The translations under genes and the position numbers were made by a program. Source: an uncultured Candidatus Saccharibacteria bacterium (lineage in GTDB: Bacteria; Patescibacteriota; Minisyncoccia; Phycocordibacterales; UBA1006). Taken from it: a stretch of 52,838 nucleotides of DNA. The DNA lies in contig CAZQDL010000002.1 of the NCBI GenBank assembly GCA_964592365.1, forward strand, positions 30,080 through 82,917, written 5' to 3'. The notes below the pieces were generated by a model that was given only the letters and a program-made list of their open reading frames with translations, did no database searches and was not told the DNA's origin. Positions within the stretch are counted from its first letter, which is position 1. Each line of letters opens with the position of its first letter. Positions 9,581 to 18,210 of the stretch are shown piece by piece.

Positions 9581-10456
9581 ATGAAAACATTACGACAATA
9601 TATTATCGAGGCGCAGGAGAATAAGCAGGCTATTGCACATTTCAATGTTGCAAATTCAGATATGCTTTTAGCAGTCTTCAATGCTGCAAAAAAGGTATCA
9701 GGAGAATATGGTTCACCTATTCCTTTAGTAATAGGGGTAAGTGAAGGGGAAAGAGATGCTTTTGGGGTAACTCAGTTCGTTGATTACGTGATAAGTTTAC
9801 GAAATGAACATGATTATCCAATATTCACTAATGCTGATCACACGTATAGTGTTGAACGTACAAAAGAAGCAATTGATGCAGGTTTTGATATGGTTATCTA
9901 TGATGGAAATGAGGTAAGTAAAGAAGAAAATCTTAGAAATACTAAAGAGGTAGTAGCCTACAAAAATGAAATTAATCAAGATTGTTTGGTTGAAGCTGAA
10001 TTTGGATATATTGGTTCAGGATCAAGTATTAAAGATGAAATTCCAGATGGGGTATCAGAAGAAACCATGACAAAACCAGAAGAAGCGAAAGAATTTGTTA
10101 CGCAAACAGGAATTGATCTACTTGCACCTTCAGTAGGGAATGTTCATGGAATGGTAAAGTCTGGAAATCCAGCTCTTGATCCTAAGAGAGTTTCAGATAT
10201 TCTGCTTCTTACACAAACACCATTAGTATTACATGGTGGATCAGGTTCTTCAGATGAAGACATTGATGCTGTAATTGATGCAGGTATCTCAATGATTCAC
10301 ATTAGTACTGAATTACGAGTTGCATACAAGGAGGGTCTCCAAAAAGGTCTTCACGAATTTGATAGTCTTGCACCATACAAGTATGCACAATATGCAATGT
10401 CACAAGTTCAAGAGATTGCAGAACAAAAACTTAGAAGATTTTTTAGAGTCTTTTAG
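9581..10456 (+). CDS. fba: Class II fructose-bisphosphate aldolase
   Basis: HFNV, NADH, VEAEFGYIG, LAPSVGNVHG, PLVLHGGSG and IHISTELR motifs. Confidence 0.93.
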   Translation: MKTLRQYIIEAQENKQAIAHFNVANSDMLLAVFNAAKKVSGEYGSPIPLVIGVSEGERDAFGVTQFVDYVISLRNEHDYPIFTNADHTYSVERTKEAIDAGFDMVIYDGNEVSKEENLRNTKEVVAYKNEINQDCLVEAEFGYIGSGSSIKDEIPDGVSEETMTKPEEAKEFVTQTGIDLLAPSVGNVHGMVKSGNPALDPKRVSDILLLTQTPLVLHGGSGSSDEDIDAVIDAGISMIHISTELRVAYKEGLQKGLHEFDSLAPYKYAQYAMSQVQEIAEQKLRRFFRVF

Positions 10457-10490
10457 TGTAAATATGGTATCTTGACAAAGTTCAAATAGT

Positions 10491-10499
10491 TGTGGATAA
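10491..10499 (-). promoter_or_regulatory. Consensus DnaA box
   Basis: TGTGGATAA is the reverse complement of TTATCCACA; it is intergenic, between two TTGACA hexamers (10472, 10504). Confidence 0.5.
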
Positions 10500-10641
10500 C
10501 TAATTGACATATTGTCTGGATGACATACTCTTTATCTTAGCTCTCCGGTATCGGGGATTTTTGTTTGAAAGAACATACGTCCTTGCTACTGCTGTGAGTG
10601 TATATATTGATACGGAGTTGATGGAGCACATACCATCATTT

Positions 10642-11208
10642 ATGACGAAATTTACACATACAACTATTACAAAACCACTACAGCATCCAGTGTATAAGAT
10701 TGCGGTACTGGTATACATTATTTACTTTATTTTTTCACCAAACGTGTTTGCGCAAACTGTGCAAGCTCCAGATGAATTACAGGTTCAACAAATTCTTGAA
10801 GAAGAAAAAGAAACTGAAATTGATCCACGAGTGGAAAAAATTGAAGCATATTACAAGACTCATAATCTACCCCTTGCAGCTTACGCTCAGGAATTCGTAG
10901 ATGCAGCTGATACCTATGGTATTGACTGGCGATTACTACCAGCGATTGGATTCATTGAATCAACAGGAGGAAAGTTCGCATGTAAAACAGCTACGTATAG
11001 TCCGTTTGGTTGGGGGTCATGTAAGATTAACTTTGATTCCTACGAGCATGCCATTGAAGTGACCGCTATGAACTTAGGGGGACACAACCCAAGAACTGCT
11101 CACTATTACAAGGATAAAACCTTGAAAGAGAAGTTATACGCATATAACTCAGTTATTCCAACGTATCGTCAAAAGATTTTACGTGAGATGGAAAAAATTG
11201 AGGGATAA
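10642..11208 (+). CDS. Secreted lysozyme-fold / glucosaminidase-like cell wall hydrolase
   Basis: Signal or TM segment ending NVFA|Q; YGIDWRLLPAIGFIESTGG (helix with catalytic-type ES), PFGWG and YN motifs. Start is uncertain (10621 or 10642). Confidence 0.7.
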   Translation: MTKFTHTTITKPLQHPVYKIAVLVYIIYFIFSPNVFAQTVQAPDELQVQQILEEEKETEIDPRVEKIEAYYKTHNLPLAAYAQEFVDAADTYGIDWRLLPAIGFIESTGGKFACKTATYSPFGWGSCKINFDSYEHAIEVTAMNLGGHNPRTAHYYKDKTLKEKLYAYNSVIPTYRQKILREMEKIEG

Positions 11209-11236
11209 AAAAATACCGGAGCAATCCGGTATTTTT
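11209..11236. terminator. Bidirectional terminator
   Basis: AAAAATACCGGA-gcaa-TCCGGTATTTTT between convergent genes; GNRA loop. Confidence 0.85.
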
Positions 11237-11540
11237 ATATTGCCAGTTTGTACCGAACTGACGTTTTTGCTTTCAAACGATCGATTGTTTTTTGAAGTTG
11301 TGACTGTGTCATTTTGTTTCGAAATCTTCTTTCTTTAACAATATCTCTTTCAGGACCTCCTCTTCTGATGAGGACCCAAGAGAAATCATCTGATTCTCCA
11401 TGTTGTGCGAAATCAACATAGAAATTAACTTTTTCCTTCCTGTTGAAAATTTTCAGTTTTGAAAAAAAATTATCTTTTTCTCGTTCGCTTATTTTTTTTG
11501 AAGGTAATAATTCCTTGGTAAGTTTGCTAAGTGCTTCCAT
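11235..11540 (-). CDS. Hypothetical basic protein
   Basis: 101-aa Lys/Arg-rich ORF with an upstream TTGACT-N18-TATAAT promoter (11566-11595, minus strand) and a downstream terminator. Confidence 0.65.
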   Translation of the reverse strand: MEALSKLTKELLPSKKISEREKDNFFSKLKIFNRKEKVNFYVDFAQHGESDDFSWVLIRRGGPERDIVKERRFRNKMTQSQLQKTIDRLKAKTSVRYKLAI

Positions 11541-11630
11541 TTTCTAAGGTTTTTATTTTGAAAATATTATACATTATATAAATATATTAAGTCAATATTT
11601 GTTCAGGTAAAAATTGATACACTTGAATCT

Positions 11631-12314
11631 ATGAATATTCCTGAACATGCATATATTGAAGAGGATGTACTTCTGGTACATAAGCCAGTAGGTATGAGTT
11701 CTTTTGATGTAATTAGAAGATTACGACCTATCCTTGGTATACGAAAATTAGGTCATGCAGGAACCCTTGATCCATTAGCTCATGGCTTGATGATTATTGG
11801 AATACAATCTGGAACTAAAAAAATGGATGATTATCTTAAACTTCCTAAGGTATATACAGCATCAATTATTCTTGGAAAATCTACAACCACAGGTGATCAA
11901 GAAGGTGAAGTTCTTGAGGAAAAAGCAGTTATCAAAGCAGATATAAAGGCAAATGATTTAGAAGCAGTAGTTTTGGGTATGCAAGGAGAACACTCACTTA
12001 CCGTTCCTATTTATTCAGCGATAAAAGTAGAGGGAAGACCTTTATATTGGTATGCAAGGAATAATCAAGAGCCACCATACATACCCAAAAAGCCAATGAA
12101 CATTGAAAGTATTCAACTGCTTGATCACTATAAATCAGGAGATACGTATATCGTATCTATTCGCTTTGAAGTGAGCTCAGGAAGTTATATCAGGACGCTT
12201 GCAGAAGAATTTGGAAAGAGAATGGGATACCCAGCATCTCTTAAATCATTGTATAGGGTTTCAATTGGCCAGTATCAAGATCAACATGCATACCGATTAT
12301 TAGAGAATGACTAG
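11631..12314 (+). CDS. truB: tRNA pseudouridine(55) synthase, short form without PUA domain
   Basis: KPVGMSSFD, GHAGTLDPLAHG, PIYSAIKVEG and SSGSYIRTLA motifs. Confidence 0.95.
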   Translation: MNIPEHAYIEEDVLLVHKPVGMSSFDVIRRLRPILGIRKLGHAGTLDPLAHGLMIIGIQSGTKKMDDYLKLPKVYTASIILGKSTTTGDQEGEVLEEKAVIKADIKANDLEAVVLGMQGEHSLTVPIYSAIKVEGRPLYWYARNNQEPPYIPKKPMNIESIQLLDHYKSGDTYIVSIRFEVSSGSYIRTLAEEFGKRMGYPASLKSLYRVSIGQYQDQHAYRLLEND

Positions 12315-12354
12315 TGTGATATACTAATAGTATTACAAGTAACAAAAAACATGT

Positions 12355-12705
12355 ATGAATATTTTTTTTCAGGCAAGAAACATTGATATTAATCAATCCT
12401 CAAAAGAGGGTATGGCAAATAGGATGTATGGATTAAATAAATTCTTTTCTCCACATGCACGTGCCTTTATTGATGTAGAAAAAACAAGAGCAAGTCACAA
12501 TGGTCACGACCTTTACTATGTTTCAATTCACATTGAAGATGGAAAAGACCGATACTTTACCGAAGATTATCAAGAAAATATAAGAAAAAGTTTTGATCAT
12601 GCTTATGGTGAAATATTTAGACTCGTGAGAGACGATCGAAGTAAATCAAGAAGTCTTGCTAAAAAAGCAGGTGCACAATTAAAAAAAATATTTAAACGAG
12701 GATAA
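12355..12705 (+). CDS. hpf: Short HPF/RaiA-like ribosome hibernation factor
   Basis: [13 protein letters not shown] start, beta-alpha-beta-beta-beta-alpha pattern, [11 protein letters not shown] helix; divergent sequence. Confidence 0.65.
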   Translation: MNIFFQARNIDINQSSKEGMANRMYGLNKFFSPHARAFIDVEKTRASHNGHDLYYVSIHIEDGKDRYFTEDYQENIRKSFDHAYGEIFRLVRDDRSKSRSLAKKAGAQLKKIFKRG

Positions 12706-12712
12706 TTACATT

Positions 12713-13306
12713 ATGAAACCATTAATAACGTTATTCGTACTGATAGCTGTTGCTTTGGGACTACAAGCATTGCTACCTCAGAATCAAGAAGATACGAATA
12801 TTATCAATACTAATCAGGAAACTATGAAAGCAATCATTACCACAACAAAAGGAGAAATCGAATTAGAACTACTTACTGATTTAGCACCAAATACGGTAGC
12901 AAATTTTGTAAATTTAGCAGAACAAGATTTTTACAATGGAGTTAAATTCCACCGAGTAATCAGAGGATTTATGATTCAAGGAGGTGATCCACTTACCAAA
13001 GATGATGCATCTATCGATCTATGGGGAACAGGAGGTCCTGGATATACCTTTGAAGATGAAATTCATCCAATGAATGAGAATAAGGTAGGGACTATTTCAA
13101 TGGCTAATGCAGGTCCAAATACTAATGGTTCTCAATTCTTCATTAATACGGCAGATAACGATTTCCTAAATGACAAGCACACTGTTTTTGGAAGAGTAAT
13201 CTCAGGAATGGATGTAGTGTCAGCAATTGAATCAGTACAAACAACGCCAGGATACGATCGACCAGTAGAACCAATATCTATTATCAGTATAATCATTGAA
13301 CAATAA
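12713..13306 (+). CDS. Cyclophilin-type peptidyl-prolyl isomerase with N-terminal signal/anchor
   Basis: [39 protein letters not shown] and HTVFGRV motifs. Confidence 0.95.
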   Translation: MKPLITLFVLIAVALGLQALLPQNQEDTNIINTNQETMKAIITTTKGEIELELLTDLAPNTVANFVNLAEQDFYNGVKFHRVIRGFMIQGGDPLTKDDASIDLWGTGGPGYTFEDEIHPMNENKVGTISMANAGPNTNGSQFFINTADNDFLNDKHTVFGRVISGMDVVSAIESVQTTPGYDRPVEPISIISIIIEQ

Positions 13307-13307
13307 T

Positions 13308-13415
13308 ATGGACTTTGAAAAAATGGAAGCGCGAACATCAAAGCAGATGCTTGAAGAACTTGAAAGAGATATTGCAGAAGCAAAAACTCATGCAAGTGAT
13401 GTAAAAAAGGTATAA
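13308..13415 (+). CDS. Putative 35-aa small protein (not in ORF track)
   Basis: MDFEKMEARTSKQMLEELERDIAEAKTHASDVKKV*; fills the gap with 1-nt and 4-nt spacing to its neighbours. Confidence 0.55.
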   Translation: MDFEKMEARTSKQMLEELERDIAEAKTHASDVKKV

Positions 13416-13419
13416 GAAA

Positions 13420-13554
13420 GTGAAAAAGCAACATTTACCAGAGAAAATATGCATTATCTGCAATAGGCCATTCTCCTGGCGAAAAAAATGGGAACGAAGT
13501 TGGGAAGAAATACGATATTGTAGTAAATCATGCAAAACAAAAGCACCTCGTTAG
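13420..13554 (+). CDS. DUF2256-family small Cys protein, 44 aa (not in ORF track)
   Basis: GTG start: MKKQHLPEKICIICNRPFSWRKKWERSWEEIRYCSKSCKTKAPR*, which matches the DUF2256 pattern LPxKxCxxCxRPFxWRKKWxxxWxxVxYCSxxC. Confidence 0.88.
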   Translation: MKKQHLPEKICIICNRPFSWRKKWERSWEEIRYCSKSCKTKAPR

Positions 13555-13570
13555 GTGCTTTTGTTTTGCA
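13531..13570. terminator. Bidirectional terminator inside overlapping 3' ends of DUF2256 and fmt
   Basis: TGCAAAACAAAAGCACCT-cgtt-AGGTGCTTTTGTTTTGCA, perfect 18-bp stem. Confidence 0.8.
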
Positions 13571-14387
13571 AATATTGCTGATATGACATTTCATTTTTTC
13601 CTTCAGGTATAACAGAGATAATATTGAATTTCATTTCTGTACATTCCGCTTCAGTAACCTTTATTCTTTTTCCATTATCAAAGAAGAATACGCCAGGCCA
13701 TCGTTTGAATGCTTTATATTTCCTTATCTTTTCGATATCAGTATCGTTACTAATATTACCATCAGATTTTTCTATCTTGTAACAATAGCTTGCTTTGTCG
13801 TGATCTTGTTCTTTTGGTGATATTTCACCTGAAACCCAAGGAACAATAGTGGAAGCAAGTAATGTTCCTCCGTGGATTGAAAGTTTTTCAAAGAGGGTAT
13901 ATTGATCATCATCTGCTTGAATTGGAAGTATTTCTTGAGTGATAATAGGGCCATGGTCCATTTTCTCATCCATAAGCATAATGGTTGATCCAGTTATTTC
14001 ATCACCTGCTTTTAATGCAGATTCAATAGGTGAGGCTCCACGATATTTAGGTAATAATGAAGTATGTACATTCAATGTTCCATATTGAGGAATATCTAGA
14101 ATATCCTTCTTAAGGATGTATCCATATGCAGCGACAATATTGAGATTGATATTTTTCTCGTTAAGTATTGAAGCTATTTCAGATGGATTGTGTGGTTGAA
14201 TAACTTTAATATTGTTTTCTAGTGCCCATTGTTTTACAGCACTGTAGGTAATGACTTGTTTTCTGCCAACTTTTTTGTCAGGAGCTGTGACAACGATTGT
14301 TGGGAGTAAGGCATGTTGTTTGAGTACCTGAAGTATATTTGCTGAAAACTCAGGAGTTCCAAAAAAAGCAAAAGATATATGATTCAT
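13551..14387 (-). CDS. fmt: Methionyl-tRNA formyltransferase
   Basis: FFGTPEFS, VAAYGYIL, NVHTSLLPKYRGASPI and MDHGPI motifs. Confidence 0.96.
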   Translation of the reverse strand: MNHISFAFFGTPEFSANILQVLKQHALLPTIVVTAPDKKVGRKQVITYSAVKQWALENNIKVIQPHNPSEIASILNEKNINLNIVAAYGYILKKDILDIPQYGTLNVHTSLLPKYRGASPIESALKAGDEITGSTIMLMDEKMDHGPIITQEILPIQADDDQYTLFEKLSIHGGTLLASTIVPWVSGEISPKEQDHDKASYCYKIEKSDGNISNDTDIEKIRKYKAFKRWPGVFFFDNGKRIKVTEAECTEMKFNIISVIPEGKNEMSYQQYLQNKST

Positions 14388-14388
14388 A

Positions 14389-14898
14389 TTATTCTTGTGA
14401 TTGATTAATTTCTTGTTCTGTCATATCTCTTACATTACGTGCTTTGTCTACAAAGAGGATTCCATGGAGATGATCAGTTTCATGTTGAAAGATATGTGCT
14501 AGAAGACCAGATGCTGTTTCTTCAAATAGCTCTCCTTTCTCGTTATATGCACGAATACTGACTTCAACATGTCGCTTTACCTGACCCAATTTCCAGCGAC
14601 AAGAAAGACATCCTTCATCTAACCATTTTGTCTTTTCAGATTCATAGGTAATTTGAGGGTTGATATATACCAAATTATGGTTTTCTGCTTTTTCAAATAT
14701 ACCAGGAGAAACAACAAAAATCTGCAATGATATTCCAATTTGTGGTGCAGCTAAGGCAACACCATCTTTTTGTGTAGCTAATGCTAATTTCATTTCTTTG
14801 ATTGCGTGTTGAATTGAAGCTGACCCAATTTCTTCTGTCCTTACGTAATGTGCTACTTTCCGTAATACTTCATTTCCTTGTTGTACAATTGCTTTCAT
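14389..14898 (-). CDS. def: Peptide deformylase
   Basis: GVALAAPQIG, EGCLS and QHETDHLHG motifs. Confidence 0.96.
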   Translation of the reverse strand: MKAIVQQGNEVLRKVAHYVRTEEIGSASIQHAIKEMKLALATQKDGVALAAPQIGISLQIFVVSPGIFEKAENHNLVYINPQITYESEKTKWLDEGCLSCRWKLGQVKRHVEVSIRAYNEKGELFEETASGLLAHIFQHETDHLHGILFVDKARNVRDMTEQEINQSQE

Positions 14899-14933
14899 GC
14901 TTCTAGTATAACGGTAAGTAGTGAAGGTTCAAG

Positions 14934-14964
14934 TAAAATAACAGCAGAAAGTGCTGTTATTTTA
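14934..14964 (-). terminator. Terminator at hisS 3' end
   Basis: TAAAATAACAGCA-gaaag-TGCTGTTATTTTA, 13-bp stem overlapping the hisS stop. Confidence 0.7.
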
Positions 14965-16246
14965 GTTGCTTGATATATTTCTTTAATTCAGATATTGTGA
15001 CAATATCTTGTTTCCTTGTCTCTAAATTTCTAACTATTACTGTTCCATCAAGAGCTTCTTTTTGACCAAAGATGATAGAGTAGGGAATTGATAGTTGTTC
15101 TGCATTTGCAAGTTGAGCACTTAGAGAATCTTTAGAAAGAGAGTGTTTTATCGGAATATTGAGTTCTCGTAATACTTCAATTATTCCAAGAGCTTGTGCA
15201 CGAGCTTCAAAACCTAATTGGATAAAATAGAATTTTGCAGGTTTCCTAATTTTAGGACTGAAAGCATGTTCATCTGCTATTTCAAGAATCCTATCAACAC
15301 CTAAGGCTAATCCAACAGCTTCAACGTTCTTGTTATGTCCCATTGCTTTTGCAAGTCCGTCATATCTTCCTCCACCACCTAAAGCTAATACTTTTTCATT
15401 CTCATGTGTCGCAACTGTGAAGAATTCAAATACAGTGTGGCTGTAATAATCAAGACCTCGCACTAAGGTGTGATCGATTTCATAGGGTATATTACTTGCA
15501 TCTAAGTATTCAAGTACTTTTTTAAAGTGTTGCTTACTTACCGTGTTGAGTGTCGATAACAGTGTTGGAGCTTCTTTGTTAACAAGCATTGTTTTAGGAT
15601 CCTTTGAATCAAGAATTCTCAATGGATTAGTCACCATTCTTTCTTGATCAGCTTCACCTAATTTTTCTTTGTGTTTTTTGTAATATGAGACTAACTCTTT
15701 AAGATATTGCTTCCTGTTATCTGCATCTCCTAAGGTATTTATCCTCACTTGAATTTCTTTTCCGGTTTCTTTGAGTATTTGATAACCAGTTTGAATAACA
15801 ATGGCATCTAATACTTCTTTTGGGGAACCAAGTACTTCAAGACCAAATTGATAGAATTGTCGATATCTTCCTTTTTGTGGTCGTTCATGACGAAAGAAAG
15901 GTCCACCATAGTATAGAAAGATTGGTTGGGGTAATGAACCCATCCCGTGCTCTATGTATGACCTCATAACAGAGGCAGTCCCTTCTGGTCGTAACGAAAG
16001 CACATCACCTCCTTTGGTAGTGAATGAATACATTTCTTTGACCGCATCATCATCGGCATCTAATCCTTTAAGAAAAACACCAGAATTTTCAAGAACTGGT
16101 GTTTCTATTCCAGAAAAACCATAATACACAGCAATTTCTTGAGCTTTCTCAAAGAATCCTTGTTTTTTGTAGAAATCATCACCCGCAATATCACGCATAC
16201 CCTTTGGGGTTTGAAGGAGATCTTTTGTTGTTTTTTCTTTACCCAT
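14957..16246 (-). CDS. hisS: Histidine--tRNA ligase
   Basis: TPKGMRD, LRPEGTA, FRHERPQKGRYRQFYQ, LVRGLDYY and GGGRYDGL motifs. Confidence 0.97.
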   Translation of the reverse strand: MGKEKTTKDLLQTPKGMRDIAGDDFYKKQGFFEKAQEIAVYYGFSGIETPVLENSGVFLKGLDADDDAVKEMYSFTTKGGDVLSLRPEGTASVMRSYIEHGMGSLPQPIFLYYGGPFFRHERPQKGRYRQFYQFGLEVLGSPKEVLDAIVIQTGYQILKETGKEIQVRINTLGDADNRKQYLKELVSYYKKHKEKLGEADQERMVTNPLRILDSKDPKTMLVNKEAPTLLSTLNTVSKQHFKKVLEYLDASNIPYEIDHTLVRGLDYYSHTVFEFFTVATHENEKVLALGGGGRYDGLAKAMGHNKNVEAVGLALGVDRILEIADEHAFSPKIRKPAKFYFIQLGFEARAQALGIIEVLRELNIPIKHSLSKDSLSAQLANAEQLSIPYSIIFGQKEALDGTVIVRNLETRKQDIVTISELKKYIKQLK

Positions 16247-16247
16247 A

Positions 16248-16820
16248 TTATTCAATTACTGAAGTTACTTCATGGTTATGTTCACCAGGGTGCATACCAA
16301 TTCCAGAGAGAGGGAACAGTCTTAAGAATGTTTTTCCGATAATTCTATCTTCTGTAAGTACTCCCCATGATCGTGAGTCAGAACTTGCGTTCCGATTGTC
16401 TCCCATTACAAAGTACTCATCATCAGAAAGTGTCCATTCACCATAGGTTGAATATTTTTTCGTTAAATATGGTTCATCAAGAACAATTTCAGTTCCATCT
16501 TTTTTGATGGTAATGGTAGATCCTTGTAAATTAAGGGTTTCTCCTGGAAGTCCAACAACTCGTTTGATAAGGAAACGTTTGTCATCCGAAGGAAATCTAA
16601 AAACAATTACATCTCCACGTTCTGGATTACTATTCCTATAACTTATCTCATCAATTATCAAATAATCTCCATTTGCAAGAGTAGGATGCATTGATTCACC
16701 ATTTACAATGAAAGGTTGAGCAACAAACATTCTAATTGGAATAACAATGATAAATGCAATAAATGCAAATCTTAGGAGTTCAAAGAATTCTTGTCTTTTT
16801 GTTTTCTTCACTATATTCAT
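16248..16820 (-). CDS. lepB: Signal peptidase I
   Basis: GESMHPTL, IKRVVGLPGE and GDNRNASSDSRSWG motifs. Confidence 0.96.
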   Translation of the reverse strand: MNIVKKTKRQEFFELLRFAFIAFIIVIPIRMFVAQPFIVNGESMHPTLANGDYLIIDEISYRNSNPERGDVIVFRFPSDDKRFLIKRVVGLPGETLNLQGSTITIKKDGTEIVLDEPYLTKKYSTYGEWTLSDDEYFVMGDNRNASSDSRSWGVLTEDRIIGKTFLRLFPLSGIGMHPGEHNHEVTSVIE

Positions 16821-16836
16821 GGTAACATCATATCAT

Positions 16837-17295
16837 ATGAGAAATAAACGAACTAATTGGCTATTTGGAATAATTATTATTGTTTCTGCACTAGCTTTTT
16901 TCTTTTTTCCACGATCCATATCAAATAATTTTCAAGGATATAGTATTAAAGAAGTTACTTTCGAAGAAAATATGTTTAGCATGTGGGTTGCAGATACTCC
17001 TGTAAAACGATCACTAGGGCTTTCGGGAATTTCAAAACTTAACGCTCATCAAGGGATGATTTTTGTGTTTACAGAAGAAAGTAATTATCCATTTTGGATG
17101 AAAGATATGCTCATCCCATTGGATATCATTTGGTTAAATGAACAGAAAGAAGTTGTGTTTGTAAAAGAAAATGCAATGCCAGAAGATTATCCAAGTAGTT
17201 ATATTCCTGATACTAATGCTTTGTATGTTATTGAAGTGCGCGAAGGGACGATACAATCATTGAATATTGAAATAGGGGATTCATTTGAATTGTAA
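16837..17295 (+). CDS. DUF192-family membrane-anchored protein
   Basis: N-terminal TM helix; VADTPVKRSLGLSG, GMIFVF, FWMKDMLIPLDIIW and ALYVIEV motifs. Confidence 0.9.
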   Translation: MRNKRTNWLFGIIIIVSALAFFFFPRSISNNFQGYSIKEVTFEENMFSMWVADTPVKRSLGLSGISKLNAHQGMIFVFTEESNYPFWMKDMLIPLDIIWLNEQKEVVFVKENAMPEDYPSSYIPDTNALYVIEVREGTIQSLNIEIGDSFEL

Positions 17296-17325
17296 AAGCA
17301 TTCACATTGTAATACAATCATAAGT

Positions 17326-17811
17326 ATGAAATCAAAAGGATTTACCCTCATTGAACTACTCGTAGTTGTTGCTATCATTGGAATACTTGCAACTGTGGTT
17401 CTGGCTTCACTTGGAAGTGCGCGAGCAAAAGCAAAAGACGCTGCGGTAAAAGCTGGACTTATGAGTTTTAGAAATCAGGCTGAACTCCGATATTTAACTG
17501 ACGGAAATTATAATAATATCTGTAATTTCAATCCAAATAGCGAAACTCTTAATTTATTCATAGATACTCTTTCAAAGAATGGAAGTGCGAATAATTCTGC
17601 CAGTGTATGTATCGATACTAATTCAGAATATTTTGCAACAGTTTCAGCACCGACAGCGGGTTCTAATTACGGTAATTCTGTAGGCCCAGATGCTTGGTTA
17701 GCTACTATTTCATTAAGCGATGGAACTTGGTTTTGTGTTGATTCAGAAGGCTTTTCTGAGGTAGTTTCTGGAAGAAGAAATGATAATGTAAATAATAATT
17801 GTGCATTGTAA
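17326..17811 (+). CDS. Type IV pilin-like protein (pilin 4)
   Basis: MKSKG|[24 protein letters not shown]; WFCVDSEG motif; terminal Cys. Confidence 0.92.
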   Translation: MKSKGFTLIELLVVVAIIGILATVVLASLGSARAKAKDAAVKAGLMSFRNQAELRYLTDGNYNNICNFNPNSETLNLFIDTLSKNGSANNSASVCIDTNSEYFATVSAPTAGSNYGNSVGPDAWLATISLSDGTWFCVDSEGFSEVVSGRRNDNVNNNCAL

Positions 17812-17822
17812 CTCTGAGTATT

Positions 17823-17865
17823 ACATATGAAAATAAACAGCTATTAGCTGTTTATTTTCATATGT
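17823..17865. terminator. 43-bp near-perfect palindrome; bidirectional terminator between pilin 4 and rnpB
   Basis: ACATATGAAAATAAACAGCT-att-AGCTGTTTATTTTCATATGT, perfect 20-bp arms. Confidence 0.8.
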
Positions 17866-18172
17866 TTGTATCTATAAGCCGGATTCTGTAATCGATGACT
17901 ATTTATCTTGATTTCTTGTTGCCAAGAAATTCTTTGCGGCACGAATGCTCAAAGGCAAACTCGACCTTGCATACTGGTAAGGGTTTAGCCGTTTCACTGT
18001 ATTGTTACCAATACACTATCCCTAAGAAGGGTTCCTCTCCTTTCGGATTAGACGTCTCTGCTCGCACCTCTTGAATTACTTCAGACGGGGGTTACCCGCT
18101 ACCGTACTCCTTATATAAATAAGGGTATGTCCGGACTTTCCTCACACGTGGTGCAGTCATCCGATACAAACA
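17863..18172 (-). ncRNA. rnpB: RNase P RNA (about 310 nt)
   Basis: Minus strand has the universal motifs GAGGAAAGUCC, GUGAAACGG..AAACCC, GCAAG and ACAGAAUCCGGCUUAU. The P1 ends UGUUUGUAUC and GAUACAAACA pair. Confidence 0.95.
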
Positions 18173-18210
18173 ATATAAGACTATGATGTTTTAAAGATAA
18201 AGCAAGGATA

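Noticed and set aside
10491-10499. Replication origin
   Set aside because: Only one DnaA box, with no cluster and no dnaA/dnaN nearby.
13132-13535. Minus-strand ORFs 13132-13434 and 13338-13535 from the ORF track
   Set aside because: The plus strand carries the PPIase end, a tiling 35-aa ORF and a clear DUF2256 gene, which explain the region better.
17305-17811. 8-bp direct repeat CATTGTAA flanking pilin 4 (17305-17312 and 17804-17811) as a target-site duplication
   Set aside because: Too short and AT-rich to separate from chance; pilins 1 and 5 show no comparable flanking repeat.
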